This document shows, in pieces, positions 1 through 16,455 of a stretch of DNA of 64,000 nucleotides; positions within the stretch are counted from its first letter, which is position 1, and every line of letters begins with the position of its first letter. A program made the position numbers and the translations under genes. This DNA is from Marsupella aquatica (Eukaryota; Plantae; Marchantiophyta). The notes under the pieces are model-generated. The model worked only from the letters and a program-made list of their open reading frames with translations. It made no database searches and had not been told where the DNA came from. The DNA is taken from NCBI GenBank assembly GCA_973895155.1, contig OZ316892.1, positions 14,686,861 to 14,750,860 of the forward strand, read 5' to 3'.

Positions 1-340
1 TAGATTCACCTCTGAACTTAATTTTTCAATCGCAGATAAGCGCATGCTCGAGTTCTCCATGAAGCCTATGTTCTCTGTGTTTGTCTGCTTTAATCCATAA
101 TCTATAGTCATCTAATAAATTCTAAAACTTGACGGTGAAGACCATAAGCACAATAAACACACGCAGAAGCAAGATAGGATAAGCAATTGGATGAATCAAC
201 AGATGGACGAAGGAAGAGTATTTTTACTGTTGTGATAAAGCAAAGAAACCATCACTCTTGAATAGTGGAATCAGGGGAATGCAAATTGACATGAACAACA
301 AAAAGGTTGGCCTTCACATGCACTCTCTTCTGTGGTGCAG

Positions 341-3115
341 GGTTGGGCTAGCAGCGCGTATAGGTTCAGATTTCCCCTCTTCGTGTAAAACCTGGCTCGA
401 AGACATGGAAATTGATGTGTCGGGCCTCCTACTGTGGCCCTATCCAACACTAAGAGCTTGGCAGGTTGGGGAAAACTTTCATTGCTCACTGGGAGGATAT
501 AAGCCTCCTGGAATACTTAGTGTCTTTAACTTCAATCCAACCCCTCGACGTAACGGTACTTTGATGGCTCTGACGTTCTATCGCATTTTTAACAAAACAC
601 AACAGTCACCTCCCTATCTTGCAGTACTGGCTTAGCGATGTACGAAATTAGAGGTGCATTGACAAGAGACTAAAGGAGCACTAAATTTGTCCGTCTTGGT
701 AAATTTCTCCAGTATTTTGATAGTTTGGGTTGGTGTAGAAAATTTCTGGGAACAATTTTGGAGATTTGTTTGACACAGCCCTTATACCCTCAACGTCAAG
801 TGTTGCAGTCTTAGGATCTCTGTGTATATGTACTGAGGAACATGCCCTTTGAGTGGTAATTTGGACATGCGCGTTAAGATGGGATCTGCTTGTCTGACTA
901 ACGCAATCTCCATGTGGCACCTTCCATGCCCTCTCAATTCAACATTTCATTGTGTGTCAGCTACTGGAGGATGACGGCCGACGTGGTCAGGTAATTGCTG
1001 TTCCTTTAGTTTTGTAATGATTGACAATGCAAGGTCCAGACCTGGAAGATCACCGTCGCAACTTCTCTCCTTTTTGTTAAAGTTCTTAAACTAACAAGTC
1101 GTTAGTGGCATGACATGAATCATTTAAACTTGCTACAAATCATAATTCTTTTGTAGGCTGTTCATTTACTCAGGTTTGGAGAATGGAGGTCGTAGAAGAT
1201 GTGTTGCGTTTACTTCGTCCATCCATCAAAGAGCTTCCTCTGGATTACAGGTGGGCTATCCACTAAACTACCTTTAAATGTCAATGCGCTTGCAGCCATT
1301 GACTCGAAAGAATTTACGTTCAGCGGATACAATTGCTTACTTAGCATATACTCTGGAAAGCCACGAAAAAGTTTCTAATGGTTCCATTGGCTCTATATTA
1401 GTACCTGTGCTAGATTCAGCTTTGTTGTGGCATCAGTCCCATGGGATCAGTTGTGTTTTACTCTGACTAACAGTTTACTTGGTGCAATCCTTGAATAGGA
1501 GCGCCCGTGCATACCATGCATGTGTTCACCCTAGCGGTCTTGATGTGGGCTTCATTCAAGAACTGAGAAGTTCTGGTGCGGAAGTTGTTAGCATCGAGCC
1601 CTATACCCAGGCCGAGACTATTGTGACCCGCACAGAGCTACAGTAGGTTATTTTCTCATATTTGTCTTTCTTCCCGGGTTCAGCATTAACCCCACCATAG
1701 AGGGAGGGCACGGATCTCCTTACTTATTAGTTTTATATTCCTTTGCTTCTTTTGATTCAGTCCTAGGTAGCAGTGCAGGATTTCATCAAGCTTACTTCGT
1801 TGTCACTGTATAGAGTAAGCTTGTTCAGGGTGTAGACTGTTCAAATTAATGATCATAGAAAACTTGATCATCAGGGGTTGAGTTGGGTGTCTTTGCGAAG
1901 ATTCTTCATGAAGCTTGATATCTAATTGCCATTAATCGGATATTCGAATTCATTGTCAGGGGACTAGTCTCTGGAGGTCACATATTTTCACCAACTGAGA
2001 ACGAAGCTATTTCACTTGTCGGTCCAGGGCCACCACTGGACTTGATCAGCCGACTTGTGGAGCTTGGAGCTGAGGTTTGACTCCTATTTTATGACTTGTG
2101 TCTGGATAATCCGCGCGTACGTCAAAGTTTGCTAAAATCGGATTAATTAGCATGCTCTCAAATTTAGCACCAGACAGGCTATTTGCTACGAGTTGCTAAA
2201 ATGAGATAAATTAGCATACTCTCTTTCGCACCAGACAGGCGATTTGCCACGAGTTCTGATTTGCTATTCATCCCTTATGCCAATCCTATGCAAATGCTTG
2301 GAACCATCTCTTTTCTTTAATCATTGAAGGTTGGAGTTCATTTGGAAGATGAGTCTGCGTGCATCTACATATGCCTTTCTTGAATTTCGAATTTCTGAAA
2401 GATATTGATGAAAAATGCAGGTAGTGTCCTTGAGACGTGGCCAACAAGGTTGCATTGTCCACAGGTAATATCTCAGAATGTGAGAAGATTATTATGATCA
2501 TGGGCTAGTTTCATCTGAGGTCGAATCAGTTTCGTTTAGACAAAGAAATCTAAACTACGATTGCAGCTATCTTTTCGTTACATTCGTTTTTCCTCTTCCA
2601 AGCATTGCTACTGGTGCAACGTTCGTTTCTCTTGACAGGGCTGATACGGGGGAGACATGGGAAGTGCCAGCTTTTCATTCAGTGTTCAAGGAAGTGAAGC
2701 AGCCGACTGCGTTTTCACTGGTTGATGCAAGTGGTGTTATAGGGGTAGTTGATCCAACTGGCTGTGGTAACTCTTTCTGTGGAGGTTTTCTTGCTGGCTG
2801 GGTAAGGACAAGTGATCTTCTCACAGCTGCGCTATGGGGAAGCATTGCAGCAAGCTTCAGTAAGTCGCAGCACACCTTTTGTTAGGTCTTTTTCTGATAT
2901 TTCAGGACTAGTCTTGAACTTTGAAACGATTTGGCCGTCTTACTGATGATGTGTGCTTTTCCCCTCCTGCCGGATCTTCTGGCATGAACCTGTTGTGCAA
3001 TTCAATGATAGTGGTGGAGCATGAAGGGGTGCCGCCGCCGCCTTTATCATTACTCAGACCACAAGCAACTGCACGTCTTGACTTATTACGTCCATATGCG
3101 ACGCAACTAAAATAG
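341..3115 (+). CDS. pfkB/ribokinase-family carbohydrate kinase-like gene, multi-exon; 5' exons lie outside the window
   Basis: GT-AG bounded exons at ~341-464, 961-990, 1174-1250, ~1499-1642, ~1960-2074, ~2421-2464, ~2639-2859 and ~3012-3115. Encodes VGLAARIGSDFP, HIFSPTENEA and the C-terminal pfkB signature VVDPTGCGNSFCGGFLAG. Confidence 0.85.
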
Positions 3116-3775
3116 ATCCATTTTTGGCCATTCTTCATGATTCATTGTCGAGATATGACCTTCGATAGTTGGAAGAGCCAGATAAAGCACAAAGGGAAAC
3201 AAATATTCTGTGGGCATATTTTTTTGATGTTGAAGGTCTACAATCATTCTTATTTCCCACAATCTCCCGCGTTTTCTTTCACTTAAACAGCTGATGAGCT
3301 GAGATTATTGAGAGTGGTTGTTGCTCAGTATTTAAGAGACAACAATGCTCCAATTCCCTTTGGCTGTTATTCTATAGTAACTACTTCCATGTGGGGGATT
3401 AGCAGTGATCCCTCAAGGACATATAAATGAGTCGCCTTGAGAGGCTTTTTGAAAACATCATCAAGGCTTTGCTTTTGAGTCCCCCATACATAAACCACGC
3501 CATGATCAGTCTGAACAAGCATTTATACAAGAGCCACGTAAAGCCCAGAAGTTGTATCCAGACGCCTTCCCATCGTTGCGAGAGCATCTTCTCTTCCTTC
3601 AATGCAGTAGTCCGTTGCCATTCTTGTACCAATGCACGGATCTTTCCTGTGCAACATGGATTACAAGTTCGAGTCCAAGACACAAAGTCATTGAGCCTAC
3701 AGTTCCTTGAAGTGAGTTTATTGAAAATTAATGAATGTAATGGTTACTTAGGTGCAAAACAGTACAATGGGTGAC

Positions 3776-8300
<4,525 letters not shown>

Positions 8301-10523
8301 TCACAATATGTATCCGTCCTCCACGAAACCAGCAGGACAGACGTCTATAGAAGGCCCTCTCAGTGGTTTCCACACATTGTCCCAATTCTAGCCCCAAGAA
8401 GCTACAGATAGTCTGAGTCTATACACAGTACATCTCCATTATGATACAACTGTTCAAGTCGCTCTATAACTGTTGTAAGCTAGTCTCCCCGGGTAGGCTG
8501 CTAAATTACTGAAACGTATATCTATTCGGGAGAAATAGCAAGAGCCAAAGTTGCTAGGATTGCTGTGCCTTCGGGAAATACTCAATCCCCGAGACAATCG
8601 AGCAAAGGCGATCAAAACAAGCTTATGCTCTAACCCGAGTAACATGGGGCACGTGGAATCCCGTGTGAATCAGCAAGGACCACCTTGCAAGGCTAAATAC
8701 TCCTGGGGGACTTTCCATGCCCCCACTCGCAACCACATTCACTCAGGTCGTCAATTCGGAGCAGCTGCTGGAGAGCTCAGGGCAGCGCTCAATGGCCGCC
8801 GTGGCGACAGACTGGCGTGGAAGTGAGCCGATGCTGCCTGCCTCGAATGGTTGCATTGCAGCTCAGTCAGCTCGATCTGCTCACGAGGGAGATTATCATT
8901 CACGACCAAGATCATCAAGTCTGTTCGGTGTGGTGCAAGTCACGACCAAGATCGGTCTATATAGTGCTTGAATTCCCGAGCGCGGGTACGTACACCCATC
9001 ACAGATTGCGCGCTCCGCTCAACAATCATCACTCTGCCTCAAGCTCCCTCCGTCTTCTGCTGGGCTGGCGACAATAACAAGGCCAGGCCTCACATCAGAG
9101 TACCTTCCTGACAGTACAGTCGTTCTCGCCTAGCAAGTGCAAGCAGCGGTATATGAAAGCTCACACTAGTTAGTCATCACTCACGCCGCGATGGAGCGAA
9201 TTGACGCCAAAACTGGCTAGTTCCATCAGTCATGGATCACTGCAGAATCGACTCACTGGCGCGCTCGAAAGTCCATTCATGAGTCGATTCTGCATTAATT
9301 GGACCACGGAATGCGATATTCCTATGGGAGCAAGTAAGTGTCACATTCAATCTCGAAATAAAGCACTTTATGCCATCCCGTGCAAAGGATTCCTCTCCGG
9401 AATCTAGCTGCTAAGTCCGACGTTGTGGCTCGAGCAGTCCGAACCGAAGTCTGAAATGAAGTCAGCATGAAATTACTGTTACATGCTAACTTGATTTCTG
9501 ACCTTCAAATGCTTTTTCTCCGCCGAACCTGATCGATCAAGGTCCAAACATCCAAAGGTACATTTCAATTTGATGAATCACAGTACGACGTTAATTGCTA
9601 GTAACGAGAATATCTATCTTCTAACATTTCTCGAGCCCGGCTTGTAGAAGTCTCGTATTTTGATGACTACGGTACTACTATGAATCTGAGTTAAGTGAAT
9701 GCAACCTCGTTTCCAGTCAGACTCCAAATTCCTTGCGTCCGACATGATCAAGACTTTAACTATCATGAATGGATGCATTCAATCAGAGTGTGACTTGCAT
9801 GCATGCAAACTCCTGTTTCTGTCTTTAAATCTGAGAATATAACCAACGTCGATGCAGTCGATCGTGTTCTTAAGTTTCGAATCCGTTATTTCTCTTTCGT
9901 TGGACATCAGCGAGACTTTCTATTTAATTTGTGAAAAGCGTTCATAAAATAGATTACAAAATAAGGGACTCATTGATGAAAGCTTCTGCAGCTACCATTC
10001 TCCAAATTAACAAAATGAAAACCAAAAATGCAATCGATGGTGTTATGAAGCTAGAATGCAAACGGTACTTCGCTCGAGTGGTCTTAAGATTCACTTATGT
10101 AATGTGGATTATTCCCGGAGCCTGTCACACCTACTCAGTCTAATCGACAAGTGACTGACAGCCACTGTAAGAATGAAAGCAGGGGTTTTCTGCAGTCTAT
10201 CAAAGTTGGTAGAAGGAGTGTCGTCTGAGGGAGATATTTGAATCGCGTCTCGATCCAACGGAAACATTGGAGCGGCCTACGAACTTCGGAATCCTCTCAA
10301 ATCGACGGTCATCATGGGAAAAACAAAATTAATGAACAGAGTTAGGTCTGTAATATTTGAATTTTTAATCTTGTGAGATCTTGAGGAGCAAAAACGCTTC
10401 GCCGTTTCGACGTGCATTCTTGAGGATAACGTGATTAATATTTTCATCATGGCGTATTCTAAAGCTAGGACCATCTTCAATAACCAAATTAAGTGTTCAG
10501 ATTGGTAAATGTATACATATAGA

Positions 10524-10614
10524 TAGCGTGTTGGCACAAATATTTAATCGAGAGCAGTGGTGATTCGTTTAGCGCGTTGGCAAAATATTTAATCGAGAGC
10601 AGCGGTGATTCGTT
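10524..10614. repeat. Tandem duplication, ~46-bp unit x2
   Basis: tagcg(t/c)gttggca(c)aaatatttaatcgagagcag(t/c)ggtgattcgtt starts at 10524 and again at 10570. Confidence 0.85.
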
Positions 10615-11131
10615 CACAAGTGGCGAGAAAGTTGTGGCACTGCATCTGGAGTTCTTAGTTTCATCATGATTTTTAGTTCAAATCCTCGCAGAATTTATCC
10701 GTTCCATATATCCATCGCCGGTTGACCCTGGCTGCATTCGAGGTACGCGTGCGTAAACAAGGTATTACTAAGTTAAAATGCTGAGAGGAAGAAATGGAGA
10801 AGGCGTGTCTCCAACGACAGACGGTATACAATCTTTGAGCTGGAAATTAAGGCGCTCTCATATATACTTTGGCGGGCAATCTCAGAGTGCAAAGAGGGTT
10901 CAGAATTACGCCTGTCGGACGTTCATAGGCTTGGAGAGAGACTCCGTTTCAACTTGGCAGCTAGAGACTTATCAAGGCAACGTCGAAGAGCGCTGTTTCT
11001 ATCTATCTCCGCCAGGGCAGTCAGACGATCGAGTGAACTAGGTAGTACTATATTTCTCTTCCAATCCATGACGATCAGTACGATGTAAGTCAAACTAAGA
11101 AAACACCATGATTGTGTTCTCGTAAAGTAGC

Positions 11132-11290
11132 TAGAGAATCTGGTTCCCATGAAAAGTTAGTCCGGAGAGGAGTGGTTGAAGGTGTTGGAAATGAACCACG
11201 AAGGTGCAGGCATACAGTAGAGAATCAGGTTCCCATGAAAGTTAGTCTGGATCGAGAGGAGTAGATGATGTTGAAAATGAACCACACCTG
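11132..11290. repeat. Direct repeat, ~86-bp unit x2
   Basis: tagagaatc(t/a)ggttcccatgaaa(a)gttagtc...gaggagt...aaatgaaccac occurs at ~11132 and ~11218. Confidence 0.75.
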
Positions 11291-11448
11291 AAGGAGTTGA
11301 TGAACCCATGAAGATGCAAGCAGACAGGGCTTGTATCTCGCAGAGTATTAAGATGTACAGAGGAGATCGTAGATCCAATTCCTAGCGGGTCTAGGTTGTT
11401 GAAAGCCTTATCAAAACCAAAAAGATGAATATCTCTTGAAGCCAACTG

Positions 11449-11850
11449 TGTGACTCAAAGGAGTATGTTGGAACTGCACCACATTTGGACCATGAATGTG
11501 CAGGTATACAAGGCCAGTAGCTCAATAACAGAGCACTGCAATGTACACCATGAATTTCTTTTGAAGCTACTACTGTGACGCACTAGCATGTACACCATGA
11601 ATTTCTTTTGAAGCTAGTGTGACTCAAAGGAGTATGTTGGACATGCACAACACTTGGACGCATGAAAATTGTATGCCTGCAGCTCAATAATAGAGCACTA
11701 AGATGCACACAATAATATAGCACTAAGATGACTGTACACCATGACAGCGTAGGCATACAAGACCTGCAGCTCAGTGGTAAAGCAACTCAGTGGTAATTAA
11801 AGCACTACGATGTACACGATGTACCCCAAAGATCATAGGTTCAATTTCGG
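11449..11850 (+). repeat. Degenerate, internally duplicated repeat with tRNA-like A/B-box fragments (possible SINE remnant)
   Basis: gtgactcaaaggagtatgttgga x2 and atgtacaccatgaatttcttttgaagcta x2. Also agctcagtggtaaagca (A-box-like, ~11769) and ggttcaatttc (B-box-like, ~11838). Confidence 0.4.
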
Positions 11851-13156
11851 TCGATTTGCACTTGCGATTTTTAGGCGTTATGTTTTAAGATATCTCATTA
11901 ATTGACCGGCGTATTCGAATCTTGACGATTTTTAAGCGTTATGTTTCGGTAGCTACATGGATTACTGTCTAGTGTACGTGACTAGATCCTGGTGGTTGAG
12001 GTACACGGTCGGTGTGGTGGTCGGCTGGAGCGAACCAGGGCATTGGCTATGAGATTGCTGTCTCCTCGCGGAAGCAACGCGGGTAGACAATTGTCTTGAC
12101 AGCACGGGAATGAGTTGAGGGCAAGCCGCCGTTGATGCCATGAATCCAGCCGGACACCAATGTATCTAGGTATGTCGAGAACTTATCAACATGCTGCAAG
12201 TCGTGTGTGGCGGAATTGAGGCCTTGGTACTTCGTCGACAGTGGAGACATGCGACCTTAAGGACAAACACAGAACTAATTCTATGAGACCCTGCGCGAAA
12301 AGCGTTTTCAGATGAGATTGACTGACGAAATTTCTACCTTGTTACATGAATATATGATAGTTTCTAAACAACTACCTTGTCACAAGGAAATCGGGAGTTT
12401 GGCAGAGGTCCTTTGCAAAAGCTTGGGCCACATGCTACTCTGTTTTTGCAGAAATTTACAGTACATGTTACGGTTTTTGGAAGGCTGATTGAGGTCATGA
12501 GGTTGATGCATGGATTACAGTAAAAAGTAGTGCAATCTAAACACTAAACTATGCAATTACTTTATTTCATTCTCATGGTCTCTTTACGTAATGTCATTAT
12601 GCTGTGAATTCTTTCGTCATTGTTCGGGTGGGAAGCCTTCCTATTCTACTATAGTGATTTTGTCCTAGCCATGAAATGGGCCTAAAGGTCATGGGCCTAA
12701 AGGTCTTATTGTGCACTTTTCCCATGCCATTCTTGCTTGCACACTCTTTGAAATCTAGGTGCCAGGCCAATTCACTCACTGACATACCCACCCTCATACA
12801 GACCCTTTTGAAACGGATAAAGTGCTTCCAAGCACTATACTGATTGTCAAAGGCTCTTATAGATAAGTGCAATTTGAGGTAAATTTCATTGGAGTAATTC
12901 TAATTGTGTTTACATTAAATATTTGAGGGTTTGTTTTTCATGTCTCCTCCATCTCTAGTTGCCTTGCAGGTACAGAACTAAAACTTATTTCAGACCTCAT
13001 AATCAACAAGTTATGAACCCCAAACTCCCATGGACCACTGAAATGCAGTACACAGGGGAGCACTGTGTCAAAACATGGTGGTCCAACTTGGCTTTAGTTT
13101 CCACCAAGGCGAATTTCCCAAAGTGAAAAAGAAAAAGAAAAAACCTTAGAACTATG

Positions 13157-13558
13157 TTGCCCCCTTCTCCCCAATGCGCTCAATGTCGGGAGTGGGGGGG
13201 CTCCCATGCCTACAACAGGGCAAACCTCAAACCTCTTAATTTTGTCTCCTGTTACGGTCAAGGGCATTTTCCCAAAAAAAATGTGGTGGACAAAACAACT
13301 TGTCCAAACTCTCATGACTTGTCCGCACACTTGTGACAGGAAACCAAAGCTGCTATTTTTCAGGCCAAGTTTTTTTGTGCCCACCTAAAGGTGCCCCCTT
13401 CTCCTCAATGCGCTCTCAGGAGTGGGGGGCTCCCGTGCCTACAATTTCGTCCCCTTGTCCCCAATGCGCCCCCGGGAGTAGGGGCCTCCCGTGCCCTCAA
13501 TTTTGCCCCCTTCTCTCCATTGCGCTCCCGGGAGTGGGGGCCTCCCGTGCCCACAATT
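13157..13558. repeat. GC-rich ~57-bp repeat: three tandem copies (~13392-13558) plus one detached copy (~13157-13215), upstream of PBG1
   Basis: Unit is approximately gcccccttctccccaatgcgctc..ggagtggggg(g/c)ctcccgtgcc(t/c)acaatt. Confidence 0.8.
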
Positions 13559-13885
13559 GCGCAGCGGTTCAGTCAAAACAGAGCGCAGCAGACGAAAGGC
13601 ACAAAAATCAGCGCGAATCAAAACGAGAAAAATCAGCGCGAATCAAAACGAGGGAGAGTTGTAGAAGCGAGCCATTCGATTACATCCGAAGAATTCCGAG
13701 TTGAGCAAATCGAATTGTATCACCTTTTCAACAATTTCGCACGGTAATTGTCATTTCCGTCGCCCTGTCCGTTTTTCTTGCTCTTCTCAGCTCTGCATCC
13801 ATGAGTTTTGTTTCAGAGAATTGATTTTAATCCGCAGTTTGGTGTGCTTGTTTTGTTACAGAGCCTGAAGAAGAGTTAGCTAGCG

Positions 13886-16455
13886 ATGGATATGTCGTCC
13901 GGTCAGAGCCGTGCGTGGACAGGCCTCAAGGGCACGGTCTGTTTGCTTTCTCTCATCCAAGCAATTGCTGAATCTTGTCCCATAGTGGTCGTTCTTTCGT
14001 CAGTCATAGAGTCTGCTCTCTCTGCACATTTCTGATTCGCAATGCCAGGAGGGATGGTACTTAGTGAGTCCAGCCCTAATGTATCTCCTTCGATGTGATT
14101 TCCTTCTTCGTCGATTTTCTTAGATGCTATCTAGCTTCCTACCTTGCTAGTTGATCTAACAGGTTTGGCAATCAATCCAGTCGTCTCGCATTCCGCCCGA
14201 CAGTTTGAGCGGTAAGGCAATCCTTCGTGTGAGTTCATCTTGATGCCCATCCTCCTCGCTCGGTTCATTGGTTGGTCGTCTCGTGAATTAATTTGTTGAC
14301 GTTGGTCCTGGAAGCAGGTTCAGCAGCAGCCTTTTGTTGGCACACCGCTGGAATCGCCTCATAACTTTACTATGCTGCCGGGACCTTCCAAACACACACA
14401 GTATGTCTCTCTGAATCCCGGTCCTGAAAGTTGCAGTTGCTAGCTGCCCACTCCTCGTATGAACGTCACTTGTCTAGCGTACCGTGGTAGCCATCACAGT
14501 TAGGGTTCTGAAGCTTAATTGGCTTGTTGTTTTGTTTACAGATATCCCTATGTAACTGGAACGTCGGTGCTGGGGATTAAGTACAAGGATGGCGTGCTTC
14601 TCGCAGCTGATACAGCAGGTGCTTTCACATTCTCCCTTTGCTCCGGTTGGAACGGAATCTAAGGCTATCAAGGATGCTTCTTCTGGTGGTTCACATGTTG
14701 TTTCATACAACTATTGGATGGAAATTCCTGCAGGTTCTTACGGCTCAACTGTGAGGTACAAGAGTGTTGAACGTCTGAGGCCTATAGGAAAGCTTGCTTG
14801 TATTGGGGCAAGTGGCGAGATCAGTGACTTCCAACAAATTGTTCAACATGTGGATAAACTCATGTATGTATCGAAAAGCACGAGTGATTAGATATGCCTT
14901 TAGGTGTTATTCGGGTTTCTCCCATCACAAAGTCACAATTCCTGGGCTTCAATGATAGAACTCTGATATAGATCATCGTGTTGATGCGCTCTCAGGTAGC
15001 TCTGATTGGAAAATGATCGTGATTGTATTAGTTGCTTCTTGGCCACAGAAAATGTATACAAGTATGAGTTTTGTTTTGCTTGGTGGGGGTATTTGCTAGA
15101 TGTATTCAGTCCGCTTTTCTTTGAACTTGAATATTATTGTGTCTGTGTTGCAGTCTCAATGACTACATGTGGGATGATGGGAACAACCTGGGCCCAAGAG
15201 ATATCCACAACTATCTGACTCGAATCATGTATAATAAGCGCAACAATTTTGATCCTCTCTGGAATACAATTGTCCTTGGTGGAGTAAAGAATGGCGAGAA
15301 GTATCTTGGAGTGGTATGTAGTATATCAGCTTGACGCTACCAGTGAAAAAATTACTTTGCAGATGGTTTGCTGCTGTGGCTTTGATATAGATCAAATATG
15401 TAATCTATGTCAGTTGTCTGCCATAGCCTTGCGGCCCTAGACCCGCTTTGAGATTGATCAGAGTCTGTATGCCATTCACAGGTCAGCATGATCGGAGTAC
15501 ATTATGAAGATAACCATGTTGCGTCTGGATTTGGCAATCATCTTGCCCGTCCCATATTTCGAAATGAGTGGCGAGAAGATTTGACACTAGAGGAAGGGAT
15601 TCAATTGCTCGAGAAGGCCTTGACAGTGCTCTACTATCGGGATCGGGGTGCTATCAATAAAGTGCAGGTAATGACATTATTTTCATTTGCATCCACGTCA
15701 TTTACATCTATTGTAATCATCATAATTGCGTTGGTAAAGCTTGTGGCTGATATTAGCGTTGTGGTAATCTCCTCGAGAGTGTTCTGGAAGGGATACGACT
15801 GTATAGGTTTTTCTACTTATTAGTAGTACTATATGGGTGACGTAGGTTATTGGCAGCCATGACTTGTCTCGCAAAGCCTGTTCACTCTACGTGTCAAATT
15901 AGACTCCAAAACCTTAACGATAGGCCCTGTGCATCACAATCGTTTTGTCTTCCTACTATCATATGGCAACTTCTGTTTTTACATTACTAATGTAGAAAAC
16001 CAAAAATTCGATGGCCTGGGAGTCGACAGTACATGTCTAGAGGTTTGCGATTATATTAACGACCATGTGCAGTTTCCACCGTAACTTCTAGTTTTATGTA
16101 TGATAGATTGTCATAGCTCTCACATCCAACAATCTTATTAGGGGGCTGATGGAGTAGTATCGAATTCTAGGCTTGATGTTCCTAGTCATAAGTCATCAGC
16201 ATTGTGAGCTACTCAAACTTGTGTCCCTTCCAGGTGGGATCTGTGATGAAAACTATAGATAAGTGTCTTGGTTAAAATGGATGATCTTGATTTGAAAGGT
16301 TGATGCTCTTCAGTAAGTATTCAACTGTTTGTTCGTTGCAGGTCGCAAATATCACAGAGCATGGTGTTAGTATCTCAGAGCCATATGCATTGAAAAGCAA
16401 TTGGTCCTTGAAGGCTTTCAAGAATCCAACAGCCGGTGCAGAAGGGTCTTGGTAG
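13886..16455 (+). CDS. PBG1: 20S proteasome subunit beta type-4 (beta-7), multi-exon
   Basis: Spliced exons give HTQ-YPYVTGTSVLGIKYKDGV, GSYGSTVRYKSVERL, GASGEISDFQ, YLTRIMYNKRNNFDPLWN, VASGFGNHLARPIFR, LYYRDRGAINKVQ and the C-terminus NPTAGAEGSW*. The start ATG at 13886 is less certain than the body. Confidence 0.95.

Noticed and set aside
11760-11850. Intact tRNA gene
   Set aside because: Only A/B-box-like fragments with internal duplications are present; no cloverleaf could be folded.
8400-13100. Numerous 60-100 aa ORFs in the intergenic region, and antisense ORFs over genes throughout the window
   Set aside because: No domains were recognised, many have non-ATG starts, and the lengths are expected by chance or as shadows of real exons.
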